From a virus, in the IMG/VR virus record IMGVR_UViG_3300045988_147533, positions 1 through 32,000 of that record: DNA of 32,000 nt; one strand, 5' to 3'. A program made the translations under genes and the position numbers. Below, piece by piece: positions 20,741 to 28,934 of this stretch. The stretch's first letter is position 1. Every line of letters starts with the position of its first letter. The notes beneath the pieces are model-generated. The model saw only the letters and a list, made by a program, of their open reading frames with translations. It was not told where the DNA came from and did no database searches.

Positions 20741-21373
20741 TTATAAGTTGTTGTAGCCATTACATCCACATCCGTTGTTGTAAGCGTAATATGGTGAACA
20801 TGTAATGTAAGCTGGTTTTGGTGTTGGTTGCAAAGTACTAATGATATTTGCTGATTGTGCCTGTTGACTTAATTGGAAATTAGCTGTCAATAAATCACGG
20901 TCACGAGCAGCTAAACGATCACGTAATTCTTGCATAGTGTTTGCATTGATCAACGCACGTGTAGCTTCACCTTCTGAATGAATTGCTGTTGTAATGTCAC
21001 AAGTATTTTTGAAACTTTGAGCATTTACATTGTCAATTGCACGTTGTGTGTTGCAGCAACATTCTTGTTGCTGAGCTTGCAAGTTTTGAAGTCCTAACTG
21101 ATTTTCATAGCGACTTTCTAATACATCACGTTGAGTTTGACAACCTGTTTGAGATACATTTGTGTTTGTGTTAAAAATGTCTCGTTTAATGAATTCTTCA
21201 TTTAATAAAGAATCGTTTGCTAGGTTTCCGTTGCCATATCCTCCATATCCTCCATATCCAAATAATACGAAGATTAGCAAGATCCAAATCCACCATCCTC
21301 CGCCGTTTCCAAAGCCGTCATCTCTTTCAGCTAAGTTGTAAGTTGGTTGAATTCCCATTCCATTTTCCATCAT
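20741..21373 (-). CDS. Membrane protein: Gly/Tyr-flanked TM segment, Cys-rich coiled coil, Cys/Gly/Asn/Tyr C-terminus (210 aa)
   Basis: GFGNGGGWWIWILLIFVLFGYGGYGGYGNG (reminiscent of YjcZ-type sporulation peptides), CCC motif, C-terminal CSPYYAYNNGCGCNGYNNL; AAAGGAG SD. Confidence 0.7.
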   Translation of the reverse strand: MMENGMGIQPTYNLAERDDGFGNGGGWWIWILLIFVLFGYGGYGGYGNGNLANDSLLNEEFIKRDIFNTNTNVSQTGCQTQRDVLESRYENQLGLQNLQAQQQECCCNTQRAIDNVNAQSFKNTCDITTAIHSEGEATRALINANTMQELRDRLAARDRDLLTANFQLSQQAQSANIISTLQPTPKPAYITCSPYYAYNNGCGCNGYNNL

Positions 21374-21414
21374 ATATGTTCTCCTTTCTTTCTATAATAA
21401 CGGTTTATCCGTTG

Positions 21415-21657
21415 TTACCTGATTCCGAATTGTTTTGCCATTTGTTGAAGTTGTTGCTTTTGTTGTGGATTTAAATTACCCATCATCTGATTTAAAATCA
21501 TTTGTGGATTTTGGCCACTGTTCATAAGCATTTGAAATTGTTGAAATGCTTGTGGATTTTTCTGTGATAGCATATTCATTAACATTTGTTGGGGATTTCT
21601 CATATTCATCATATTCATTGGATTCATATTACCCATAATACTTTTTAAAGGATTCAT
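21415..21657 (-). CDS. Met/Asn/Gln-rich NPQ-repeat protein (80 aa)
   Basis: Repeats NPMNMM / NPQQMLMNM / NPQAFQQFQML / NPQMILNQMM / NPQQKQQLQQM; 4-nt overlap with the upstream gene. Confidence 0.6.
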   Translation of the reverse strand: MNPLKSIMGNMNPMNMMNMRNPQQMLMNMLSQKNPQAFQQFQMLMNSGQNPQMILNQMMGNLNPQQKQQLQQMAKQFGIR

Positions 21658-22103
21658 TTTGTTTGTGCTCCTTTCTTTGGTTGCTCATTGGCTTGTTTTG
21701 GTGGTTTGCTTAATGCACATATCAAATCATCTAATTTCTTTTCGATTCCATTTACACGATTTTCAATACTGTTAGAATTATCTTCCGTGATTTCTTCAAA
21801 TTTAAATTTTTTAAATGTTCCATCTAAAGATTTCATATAAAAAATAGATTTATTGTTATCAAATAAAATCGTTGGTAAATTTGCATTCGCAAAGTTTCTA
21901 GCTTCCTGCTCATCGTTCACCCATTTTCCATTAAAATCAAAATTACCTTGTTGTTGTGGTGTAATCTGATTATTAATATTGATAGGTGGAATATTTGCAT
22001 ACTGTTGTACTTGCTGAATTTGTTGATCTATCATTTGCCTTTGCTGCATCAAGCTGTCAATTCGTGCTTGTGCTGGATTATAATTGTTATACATTTCAAC
22101 CAC
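21654..22103 (-). CDS. Protein with Gln-rich N-terminus (149 aa), hypothetical
   Basis: AAGAGGTGG SD; first gene after the 22183-22206 terminator. Confidence 0.7.
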   Translation of the reverse strand: MVEMYNNYNPAQARIDSLMQQRQMIDQQIQQVQQYANIPPININNQITPQQQGNFDFNGKWVNDEQEARNFANANLPTILFDNNKSIFYMKSLDGTFKKFKFEEITEDNSNSIENRVNGIEKKLDDLICALSKPPKQANEQPKKGAQTK

Positions 22104-22182
22104 CTCTTTACGATTTAATTATATGTTTACGTAATAAATAATTTAATACTCGAATAATACTCATAAAATACCCAAAATAAAA

Positions 22183-22206
22183 TGAGCAACCATTATAGAT
22201 TGCTCA
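22183..22206 (-). terminator. Terminator after the sigma-r4-like gene
   Basis: TGAGCAA / TTGCTCA, followed on the minus strand by TTTTATTTTGGG. Confidence 0.5.
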
Positions 22207-22426
22207 CATATTTATCGAACATTTTTCTTGCTTTGCATACTCTGTTCCTTATGGTTTGTACTTCCATATGTAATGCATCTGCAATTTCGGTACATGACAT
22301 GTCATATACGTATCTCATAATCAAAACCTGTTCATATTTCTTTCTTAATCCAACAGACTTGATAAGTATTAATGCATCATTAGGACGTATCTCTTTTAAT
22401 CTGTTAGCTTTGTTAATATAAACCAC
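22193..22426 (-). CDS. Sigma-70 region-4-only HTH protein (77 aa)
   Basis: LRKKYEQVLIMRYVYDMSCTEIADALHMEVQTIRNRVCKARKMF has a typical region 4.2 pattern; too short to be a full sigma factor. Confidence 0.6.
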   Translation of the reverse strand: MVYINKANRLKEIRPNDALILIKSVGLRKKYEQVLIMRYVYDMSCTEIADALHMEVQTIRNRVCKARKMFDKYVSNL

Positions 22427-22434
22427 CGCCTTAA

Positions 22435-22668
22435 TTAAATTCGTTGGTTTGAATTAGCTTCGCAAGAACAATTATTCACATGATCATCTTTCCAATAACC
22501 ACGACAAACAATAGTAGAATAAAGAACAATAATCACTAAAACCAATACTGTAATAATCGTTCTACTTGTTTTATAGTTTCGATCAATTAATTTTGAACAA
22601 AAACCATAAATGTTATCTACTTTTTCTTCTACATTTTGAAGTTTCTTGTTTGCATCTTTAATATCCAT
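22435..22668 (-). CDS. Coiled-coil plus single-TM protein (XhlA-like topology)
   Basis: N-terminal coiled coil, then TM TIITVLVLVIIVLYSTIV. Confidence 0.55.
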   Translation of the reverse strand: MDIKDANKKLQNVEEKVDNIYGFCSKLIDRNYKTSRTIITVLVLVIIVLYSTIVCRGYWKDDHVNNCSCEANSNQRI

Positions 22669-22951
22669 TTTTATTACGTTCCTCCAACGCTTCTACACGA
22701 TTAAACAAAGTTTTTATTTGTTGTTTTAGTTCTGAAAGCTCCACTTCCATTGAATTGCTTCCTTTTTTTATTTCTGAAATTGAATCTTTAATATCACCTA
22801 AATCCGATTTAATATGTTCCAATTCATTCTTCAAAAATGCCATATTGGATATTTGCTCTCCATCCATCTTGCGGGTGCCACGATTATACGTAATAAATGC
22901 AATTACAAGCATGCATGCAGAAATAATAACACTAAGATATTCACCGCTCAT
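22658..22951 (-). CDS. N-terminal TM plus coiled-coil membrane protein (97 aa)
   Basis: YLSVIISACMLVIAFITY TM followed by a heptad-like region. Confidence 0.6.
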   Translation of the reverse strand: MSGEYLSVIISACMLVIAFITYNRGTRKMDGEQISNMAFLKNELEHIKSDLGDIKDSISEIKKGSNSMEVELSELKQQIKTLFNRVEALEERNKNGY

Positions 22952-22962
22952 AGAAACACCAC

Positions 22963-23085
22963 CTATTTATTAACGATAGAATTTTTTTGTTCTACACTAA
23001 TCCATCCAATAGAAGCAAAAATTTCTAAATCATTATTTGTAAATAAACCTAATTCATAATACGATTTGATTAATTCATAACTCAT
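22963..23085 (-). CDS. XkdX-family small phage protein (40 aa)
   Basis: Hand-translated MSYELIKSYYELGLFTNNDLEIFASIGWISVEQKNSIVNK, which fits the XkdX pattern (YY.LGLWT..DL..FV..G.IT.EQY). Not in the track. Confidence 0.6.
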   Translation of the reverse strand: MSYELIKSYYELGLFTNNDLEIFASIGWISVEQKNSIVNK

Positions 23086-23086
23086 A

Positions 23087-23428
23087 CTACTTCACCCCAT
23101 TCAATTGAGCTTTTAATTGAGCGATCTGTAACATTAATTGTGCATTAATCTTATCTTGCTCAGTTGGTACTGCTTTTGGTTCTGTGATTGTCGGCTTATC
23201 TTCTTCTGCAACCTCAACCACTTTGCCTTCTACAAATCTATAATTGTATCGACCTTTTTCATCAACTAATCCTTTTTCTAGATACTGGCTTTGTGCATGT
23301 GCGTATTTATCTCCTTGTCCCTTATCAATCTCTGTCATTGTGTCCATTTCTTCTTGTGATAAAAAAATTTCTGAATTAATAGATGTAATGTTATTTTCTG
23401 AATCTTTATTAATATATACTCTTGCCAT
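23087..23428 (-). CDS. Hypothetical tail-fibre-associated protein (XkdW position)
   Basis: Synteny between the fibre gene and the XkdX-like gene. Confidence 0.6.
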   Translation of the reverse strand: MARVYINKDSENNITSINSEIFLSQEEMDTMTEIDKGQGDKYAHAQSQYLEKGLVDEKGRYNYRFVEGKVVEVAEEDKPTITEPKAVPTEQDKINAQLMLQIAQLKAQLNGVK

Positions 23429-23439
23429 GTCTACTTCTC

Positions 23440-24366
23440 CTATTCATCATCATAAATTTCTGCGTCTAATTCTATAGTTCCGCCTACGTTGCAATTTCCA
23501 ATCTTGCTTGTCACAGCTTGAATAAGCAATGTAAGATCTTTCACGGTAGTGTTTAATGAAACAACGGCTTTTGATAAACCGGAGTTAGAAGTATTTGCAA
23601 AGTTTACTGTTGGTTTAATTCGCATGCTTGGAATTGTGTCTGAGAATATGTATGTAAAGCTTGCACTACCGGAATAGAATACATAATAGTAATATCTTTT
23701 AATGTAATATCTCTGACACTTAATTAATTCATCTGCATAACTTGGAGCAACAAATGTTGTTGCTACTTTACCTTTTTCCAATTTAATCCATTCAATTGTG
23801 CATGCTCCATTCTGTGATGTAGTACCAAATCTGATAATACTTAATGGAGCACTTGAACCATCAAGTGTTAATGTATGGATTCCGTTTGTTTTGATTTCTT
23901 TTTTTCCAATAAGCGCGTTTTCGCCTAGAAGGCTAGTACCTCCTTCTTTCATAGCTTCAAGTCTAAACGAACCTACAATAGAAGATACTTTTACTGATAT
24001 TGTAAATTCTTCATCTAATTCATTTTCTAAGATTTGGCTTATGTAATTCTCTAAAGTTCCTAAAGAATTGGTTGTTGTGCTTCCGCCTGTATAGCTTATC
24101 CCATTACCTAATTGCTTTACTGTTGTATTATAAATTTTCCATCTATCAAATGAATAATCTGTTTCGTTGTACGCTGTAAACCCACGTTGATTTACTTTGA
24201 AATCCGGATTAATCAATAAATTCGGATTACTGAATTTAGTTCCTAAATAGTCTGCTAATTGTGTTAATGTACCTTTTTTTAGTCCAAATCCATTATGTAC
24301 GGGTAATAAACTTGTATCCGTGAAGTTATACAATGCATTTAATTCCGTAACTTGTTTTCCTGCCAT
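23440..24366 (-). CDS. Tail fibre / receptor-binding candidate (308 aa)
   Basis: N-terminal ...VTELNALYNFTDTSLLPVHNG...LTQLADYL typical of fibre N-termini; position at the end of the tail module. Confidence 0.6.
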   Translation of the reverse strand: MAGKQVTELNALYNFTDTSLLPVHNGFGLKKGTLTQLADYLGTKFSNPNLLINPDFKVNQRGFTAYNETDYSFDRWKIYNTTVKQLGNGISYTGGSTTTNSLGTLENYISQILENELDEEFTISVKVSSIVGSFRLEAMKEGGTSLLGENALIGKKEIKTNGIHTLTLDGSSAPLSIIRFGTTSQNGACTIEWIKLEKGKVATTFVAPSYADELIKCQRYYIKRYYYYVFYSGSASFTYIFSDTIPSMRIKPTVNFANTSNSGLSKAVVSLNTTVKDLTLLIQAVTSKIGNCNVGGTIELDAEIYDDE

Positions 24367-24384
24367 GTTATTCCTCCTTGAATT

Positions 24385-24531
24385 TTATTCTGCAAATTCA
24401 ATCAATCCGTTTTTCTGTTCTTCTGTGATTTTATTTTTTTTATAAGCTTGATTAACTAAGAAAATGAAACTGTCTTTGTCATATTTTCCTTCGATAACTC
24501 TTTTCTTTTGGTTATTCAAAATCCTGTACAT
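24385..24531 (-). CDS. Small ORF (48 aa), second XkdX-like candidate
   Basis: MYRILNNQKKRVIEGKYDKDSFIFLVNQAYKKNKITEEQKNGLIEFAE (...KITEEQ... motif); 20-nt overlap with 24512-24700. Confidence 0.4.
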   Translation of the reverse strand: MYRILNNQKKRVIEGKYDKDSFIFLVNQAYKKNKITEEQKNGLIEFAE

Positions 24532-24700
24532 GAGTTGTTTCCTCCTCTTCTTCCGGTAGTTCGATTCCTGCCATACATGCTACATACTGAGTGATGAATT
24601 TCTGATTTTCTAATTCATCTGAATTGGTTTGAATTTGGCTTGCTTGGTATTCTTCTTGAGCTTGTCTTTCAATTGTAGTGTCTAATTGTTTTATTTTCAT
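24512..24700 (-). CDS. Hypothetical acidic protein (62 aa)
   Basis: AAAGGAA SD; in-operon. Confidence 0.45.
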   Translation of the reverse strand: MKIKQLDTTIERQAQEEYQASQIQTNSDELENQKFITQYVACMAGIELPEEEEETTHVQDFE

Positions 24701-24715
24701 TTTGTAAGTTCCTTT

Positions 24716-25903
24716 CTATGCAATACATACAAGTGGAGCGAACGCAAACGGGCTAGAAACGACACCAAAATAGGTGATATTTCCTAAAGCATTTATAATC
24801 CACGTATAACAAGTGCTATTATCGTGAGTTGAACGTAAGCGGACGTTCTGTGAATTTGTTTTGTCAGCAACGGAATACTCAACCATATTTGGATAATCTT
24901 TCAACCATTCACAAGGTGTTGTACGTCCGCTTCTTCTTTTCCAATAGGTGTGTTCATTACCTTCACCACTAGTTTGTGGTTTGACATACATTTGTGATAG
25001 CGAAGGTAACGTAACATAATCATATGTGATATCCTCTGCGCTTTTATCATTTACAGTATTGGCATAAGTAACGACTTTTACTTTTTTTAAGCAATTTAGC
25101 ATTTCTTCAGGCATACCACAAAGGAATCCATCTTTAGTAGCTAATTGGTCAGGACAAATATCCCATTGGTCTTGTGGAGTCCACCATTGTCCTTTAGGTT
25201 TGCTTGAATTTAACCACTGGCGTAATGCGGATGTTTTCCATCTGTTCCATCCGTATGCAGCTTCTTGTATCGAATTTAAGTTTCCGCTTCTTTCTTGATA
25301 TGGAATCGTTCCGATATTTGTTCCACCACTACCGACTGTAACATTCACTGTTTCGTTCAACGTAATTCCTTTCGCTCCGTACGAATAAACCTTCCAATTT
25401 GATGGCGATTGGTCTGGTGCTTCGTACAATCCGGCTAATCTACCACCTTTTTCAACAGGCTTTGTTAATGTAAATTGGTAATTGATTCCTGTTTTAACAT
25501 TATTTCCCCACGATTGTGCGAAGTCAAAATGATATGTTCCTGCACTTAGTCCATCCGGACATACAAGGAATGCTCTCTGATGCGAAAATTGAATACCAAA
25601 AGGCAAAGTATAGTGTGTTTGTAGCCACATCCCCGGTACAATTTCTCCATCCTCTAACGTTACATCTTCAAAGTGGTTAACTTGCCAAGGCATGTCGTAT
25701 TCCTTTTGTTCTGCGGTATCTGTCCATTTCTCGATTAATTGCGTACCGATTGCGAACGCTTTTTCTCCTGCTCCATCTGCAACGATTGTCTGTACACTGT
25801 TCCAATCCATATTGGAATGAGCAATATTTGTCTGTGCAATAACAGATAAAGCTTTTGCAATTTCTTGTCCTGTATCATCTGTCATCAATTTAATTTGTGC
25901 CAT
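24716..25903 (-). CDS. Tail/baseplate distal protein, receptor-binding candidate (395 aa)
   Basis: Long ORF in the tail module; start overlaps the upstream stop. Confidence 0.7.
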   Translation of the reverse strand: MAQIKLMTDDTGQEIAKALSVIAQTNIAHSNMDWNSVQTIVADGAGEKAFAIGTQLIEKWTDTAEQKEYDMPWQVNHFEDVTLEDGEIVPGMWLQTHYTLPFGIQFSHQRAFLVCPDGLSAGTYHFDFAQSWGNNVKTGINYQFTLTKPVEKGGRLAGLYEAPDQSPSNWKVYSYGAKGITLNETVNVTVGSGGTNIGTIPYQERSGNLNSIQEAAYGWNRWKTSALRQWLNSSKPKGQWWTPQDQWDICPDQLATKDGFLCGMPEEMLNCLKKVKVVTYANTVNDKSAEDITYDYVTLPSLSQMYVKPQTSGEGNEHTYWKRRSGRTTPCEWLKDYPNMVEYSVADKTNSQNVRLRSTHDNSTCYTWIINALGNITYFGVVSSPFAFAPLVCIA

Positions 25904-26988
25904 TAATTTACCTCCTGTACGATATATCCATCTTCATCTACCGACAATCCTAATGAATCAAAGCTATCTTTTAATTTACCTAAAGTCACATGTATACCAG
26001 TTATTTCCGCTTTAATTTGCTTTAATTCAATGTTGTCCGAATCTCCCATGTTGTCACTGTCACCGTTTAAGTCTTGATCACCATCAACTTTATATTGCCA
26101 ATCTGCTTGTAATGTGTTGTTTTCTTCATCTATTAATTCAAAATCTCTATCAATTAATAGTGGAGTGTAAAAGTTATTATCAAGTATCATTTCCATAATA
26201 TTCGAAATCTGTATTCTTACCGCGTTACCTGCTGTTGGATATATTTTTCCATCATAACCAATGCGTATATCTGTAACCTCTGTATTCGAACCTGGTAAAT
26301 TTCCTGAATCGAATAATTGATCTATTCTAGATTTTAAAACATTTAAATCCTCAAAGCGTATGCCGTACTTGGAAATCAAATCATTTAATTCTTCAATCCC
26401 TGAATCTTTTATATTTGTAATTGTTGTCATCCCTGTATCACGTGCTTCTCCTATGTCCTCTATTGCTTGGTTACACTTTTCAGATACAAGTAAAAGCAAC
26501 ATTGCAATTTCATCTCGTTCATTTTGATCTAATGAAGCAGATTTTGAATATATACTTTCAGGAGTAACAACTCTTGATAATGTAGTAGACCATCTTTTTT
26601 GAATAATTCCATCATCATCTACAACAACTGCACTAACAACAAAATAGAGATCACCTTTATTCTTCAATGCGTTATTCGGAACAATCCAAGAGAATTCACA
26701 TGTATCATAATAAGTAACCTTATCTACAGCCAAAGACGATCCAATAATTCCTTTTGAGTCTCTGTAATTTATACGAATCAAAGCATCTTCCATCTTAAAT
26801 ACTTCTGATACTTCATTCATAACCTTAAATTTTACATATTTAGAATCCTTATCATATTGAACACCAAATACATTTTCAGAATCAGGAATATAAATCTCAC
26901 GAGTTCGTGCATCAATAACAAGTGTCTCGTTATCTACACCTGCATATGTATCTAGGTCAAAACTAAGGGTTGCATTTAACTTTGCCAT
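25903..26988 (-). CDS. BppU-N-like baseplate/fibre protein (361 aa) with Asp-rich GDSDN repeats
   Basis: ...FGVQYDKDSKYVKFKV...RINYRDSKG...FSWIVPNNALKNKGDLYFVVSAV resembles the BppU N-terminal Ig-like domain. Confidence 0.65.
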   Translation of the reverse strand: MAKLNATLSFDLDTYAGVDNETLVIDARTREIYIPDSENVFGVQYDKDSKYVKFKVMNEVSEVFKMEDALIRINYRDSKGIIGSSLAVDKVTYYDTCEFSWIVPNNALKNKGDLYFVVSAVVVDDDGIIQKRWSTTLSRVVTPESIYSKSASLDQNERDEIAMLLLLVSEKCNQAIEDIGEARDTGMTTITNIKDSGIEELNDLISKYGIRFEDLNVLKSRIDQLFDSGNLPGSNTEVTDIRIGYDGKIYPTAGNAVRIQISNIMEMILDNNFYTPLLIDRDFELIDEENNTLQADWQYKVDGDQDLNGDSDNMGDSDNIELKQIKAEITGIHVTLGKLKDSFDSLGLSVDEDGYIVQEVN

Positions 26989-26989
26989 T

Positions 26990-27283
26990 TTATATACTCC
27001 TAACTACTAAAGTTCCTGAAAGTGGTGTATCATGAATTCCATTTGTTTCTACAGTGATCATCCACGTATATATTCCTTCCACAAGATCATCTGATGGACA
27101 TTTAATTTTCAAATCCTCTTTGATATCTACACACTCTATAACGTTTGAATTTTTCATAATTACAAATTGAACCTTATCATTATTACCGGGTATAAACGTA
27201 TTACCACTTTTAAAATTAAAAGAAACATCAGTGATAATCGTATCTCCTTTATTTATTGTGATTTGTTTATTTTTTATTTCCAT
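26990..27283 (-). CDS. Small tail protein (97 aa)
   Basis: In-module ORF. Confidence 0.6.
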   Translation of the reverse strand: MEIKNKQITINKGDTIITDVSFNFKSGNTFIPGNNDKVQFVIMKNSNVIECVDIKEDLKIKCPSDDLVEGIYTWMITVETNGIHDTPLSGTLVVRSI

Positions 27284-27295
27284 ATACGCTCCTTT

Positions 27296-28333
27296 CTATT
27301 TATACAAAATTGCTCTTTTCCATTCCAATCCATCAAAAACAAATAATCTGCATAACTGATAGTTACTTCCATTCTGTGTAACTGCCAATGAATATCCGCG
27401 ATTCCATCTTGAACCATCAAACTGCCATACTTCCATATAAGTAAACGTTGTATTGAATTTAACATTAACCCATGAAGATGTTCTATCTAATGAATCTGTT
27501 ATAAATACCTGAATTGTTTTTTCTGTATTCTTTGGAATAGAAGATAGCGTAAATAATCTAGAGTTAACTGTATTTTGACTTGATCCATCCTTATATGTAA
27601 CAGATTTAACATGCCCATCATCCGATGTGTGTACCGTGAATTTTACATCATCTGTATTTCCACTACCTTTGATAACTTCAAAATCCACATATGTTACATA
27701 TACAGCTGCATAATTTTCTAGTGTAGTGGCTTTTAATACAGTTTGTGCTAATCTATTTCCACTGCAATCAGCCATAAATAGTTCTATATTAAATTCATAT
27801 TGTGTTTTCTGAGTAAGACCTGTAAATGAATAATTTCCATTTAAATCATTACTTACAAATTCTCCGTCATTATCAGAATATAAACGCAATGTATATAAGT
27901 TATATGGATTTGTTTTTAATTTTCCAAAAACGGAAATGTTATTGTTTCCTACGTATGATATCCATGCATCATATGACGGCAACTCAATCAAAGATGTAGT
28001 CAATTTTGCTTTTCCTGATAAATTAGGCCATCCCTGACAACTTGCATCCCATTCAAAAGACCGTTGTCTATTGCAATACATTGGCTCATTAATTTGTCCT
28101 AGATAATACCATCCTGAATCTGTTATATAGCTTGTATCCCACCTTGAAATAGTTTTAGACAGTCCTCCAAGTCTAACAACGTTGGTTGCTTGAATTTTGA
28201 AGTTTCCAGTAAATTTAAACCATACATCAGCTTTAAATCTTAAATTAGGATATGACCCTTTGTATTTCTCATTATAAGATTCAAATGTAAGTATTAAATT
28301 TTTATCATATGGTAATCTTGCTAAAACAGTCAT
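27296..28333 (-). CDS. Tail/baseplate protein (345 aa)
   Basis: In-module ORF, beta-rich composition. Confidence 0.7.
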   Translation of the reverse strand: MTVLARLPYDKNLILTFESYNEKYKGSYPNLRFKADVWFKFTGNFKIQATNVVRLGGLSKTISRWDTSYITDSGWYYLGQINEPMYCNRQRSFEWDASCQGWPNLSGKAKLTTSLIELPSYDAWISYVGNNNISVFGKLKTNPYNLYTLRLYSDNDGEFVSNDLNGNYSFTGLTQKTQYEFNIELFMADCSGNRLAQTVLKATTLENYAAVYVTYVDFEVIKGSGNTDDVKFTVHTSDDGHVKSVTYKDGSSQNTVNSRLFTLSSIPKNTEKTIQVFITDSLDRTSSWVNVKFNTTFTYMEVWQFDGSRWNRGYSLAVTQNGSNYQLCRLFVFDGLEWKRAILYK

Positions 28334-28336
28334 ACT

Positions 28337-28933
28337 CTATCCCTCATATTTGATATAAATATCTCCAGCTTTATCGGTAGCTTGTACAGTAGGATCTGTA
28401 GTGCCACTACGAACATTTACAGTAAGTTTTAACTGATTATCCAATTGTTTTTGATAGCCTTCCAATGTCTTAACAGTTGTTTTTGCCTTTGCAATCGCAT
28501 CTAAAAGATTTTTAAAATCTTCTGTTGAATCAATGCCACTATCTAGTGCAAAATTTTTTACAACTTTAATCTTGAATGAGAAGGAAGTTACAAATGTATT
28601 ATCTGAACTCAATACGATTTCAGCATTCACAACGCCTACCTCAGCTAGAATATTCGCAAATGTTTCTGTGTCTGAGAATGTAATTTCATATGCATTCGAA
28701 TTTTCAAATTGTGTAACACTAGTCGCATCCACACTTACGTTCAATCCACTAGGCTTTTCAATCCACAACGTAGCCGTTAATGATGAATCAGGTTCTGATG
28801 ATTCATCCACAATAACATCATCACTAGCAAATACAATAAGACCTCTCCCTGTATCTCCTTGAATCATTTCAAGTGTTAAATTCGGATTTTCATTTGTAAG
28901 ACTTACAGTTAAATGACTATATACAATTGCCAT
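28337..28933 (-). CDS. BppU-N-like baseplate protein (198 aa)
   Basis: ...LEMIQGDTGRGLIVFASDD... resembles the BppU_N motif; directly downstream of Tal. Confidence 0.65.
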   Translation of the reverse strand: MAIVYSHLTVSLTNENPNLTLEMIQGDTGRGLIVFASDDVIVDESSEPDSSLTATLWIEKPSGLNVSVDATSVTQFENSNAYEITFSDTETFANILAEVGVVNAEIVLSSDNTFVTSFSFKIKVVKNFALDSGIDSTEDFKNLLDAIAKAKTTVKTLEGYQKQLDNQLKLTVNVRSGTTDPTVQATDKAGDIYIKYEG

Positions 28934-28934
28934 G

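Noticed and set aside
27274-27465. 63-aa minus-strand ORF overlapping the 3' end of 27296-28333; also same-strand alternative-frame ORFs at 8780-9001, 9610-9795, 12721-12930 and 19106-19303
   Set aside because: These are alternative frames inside or across confidently called genes, with no independent start signals.
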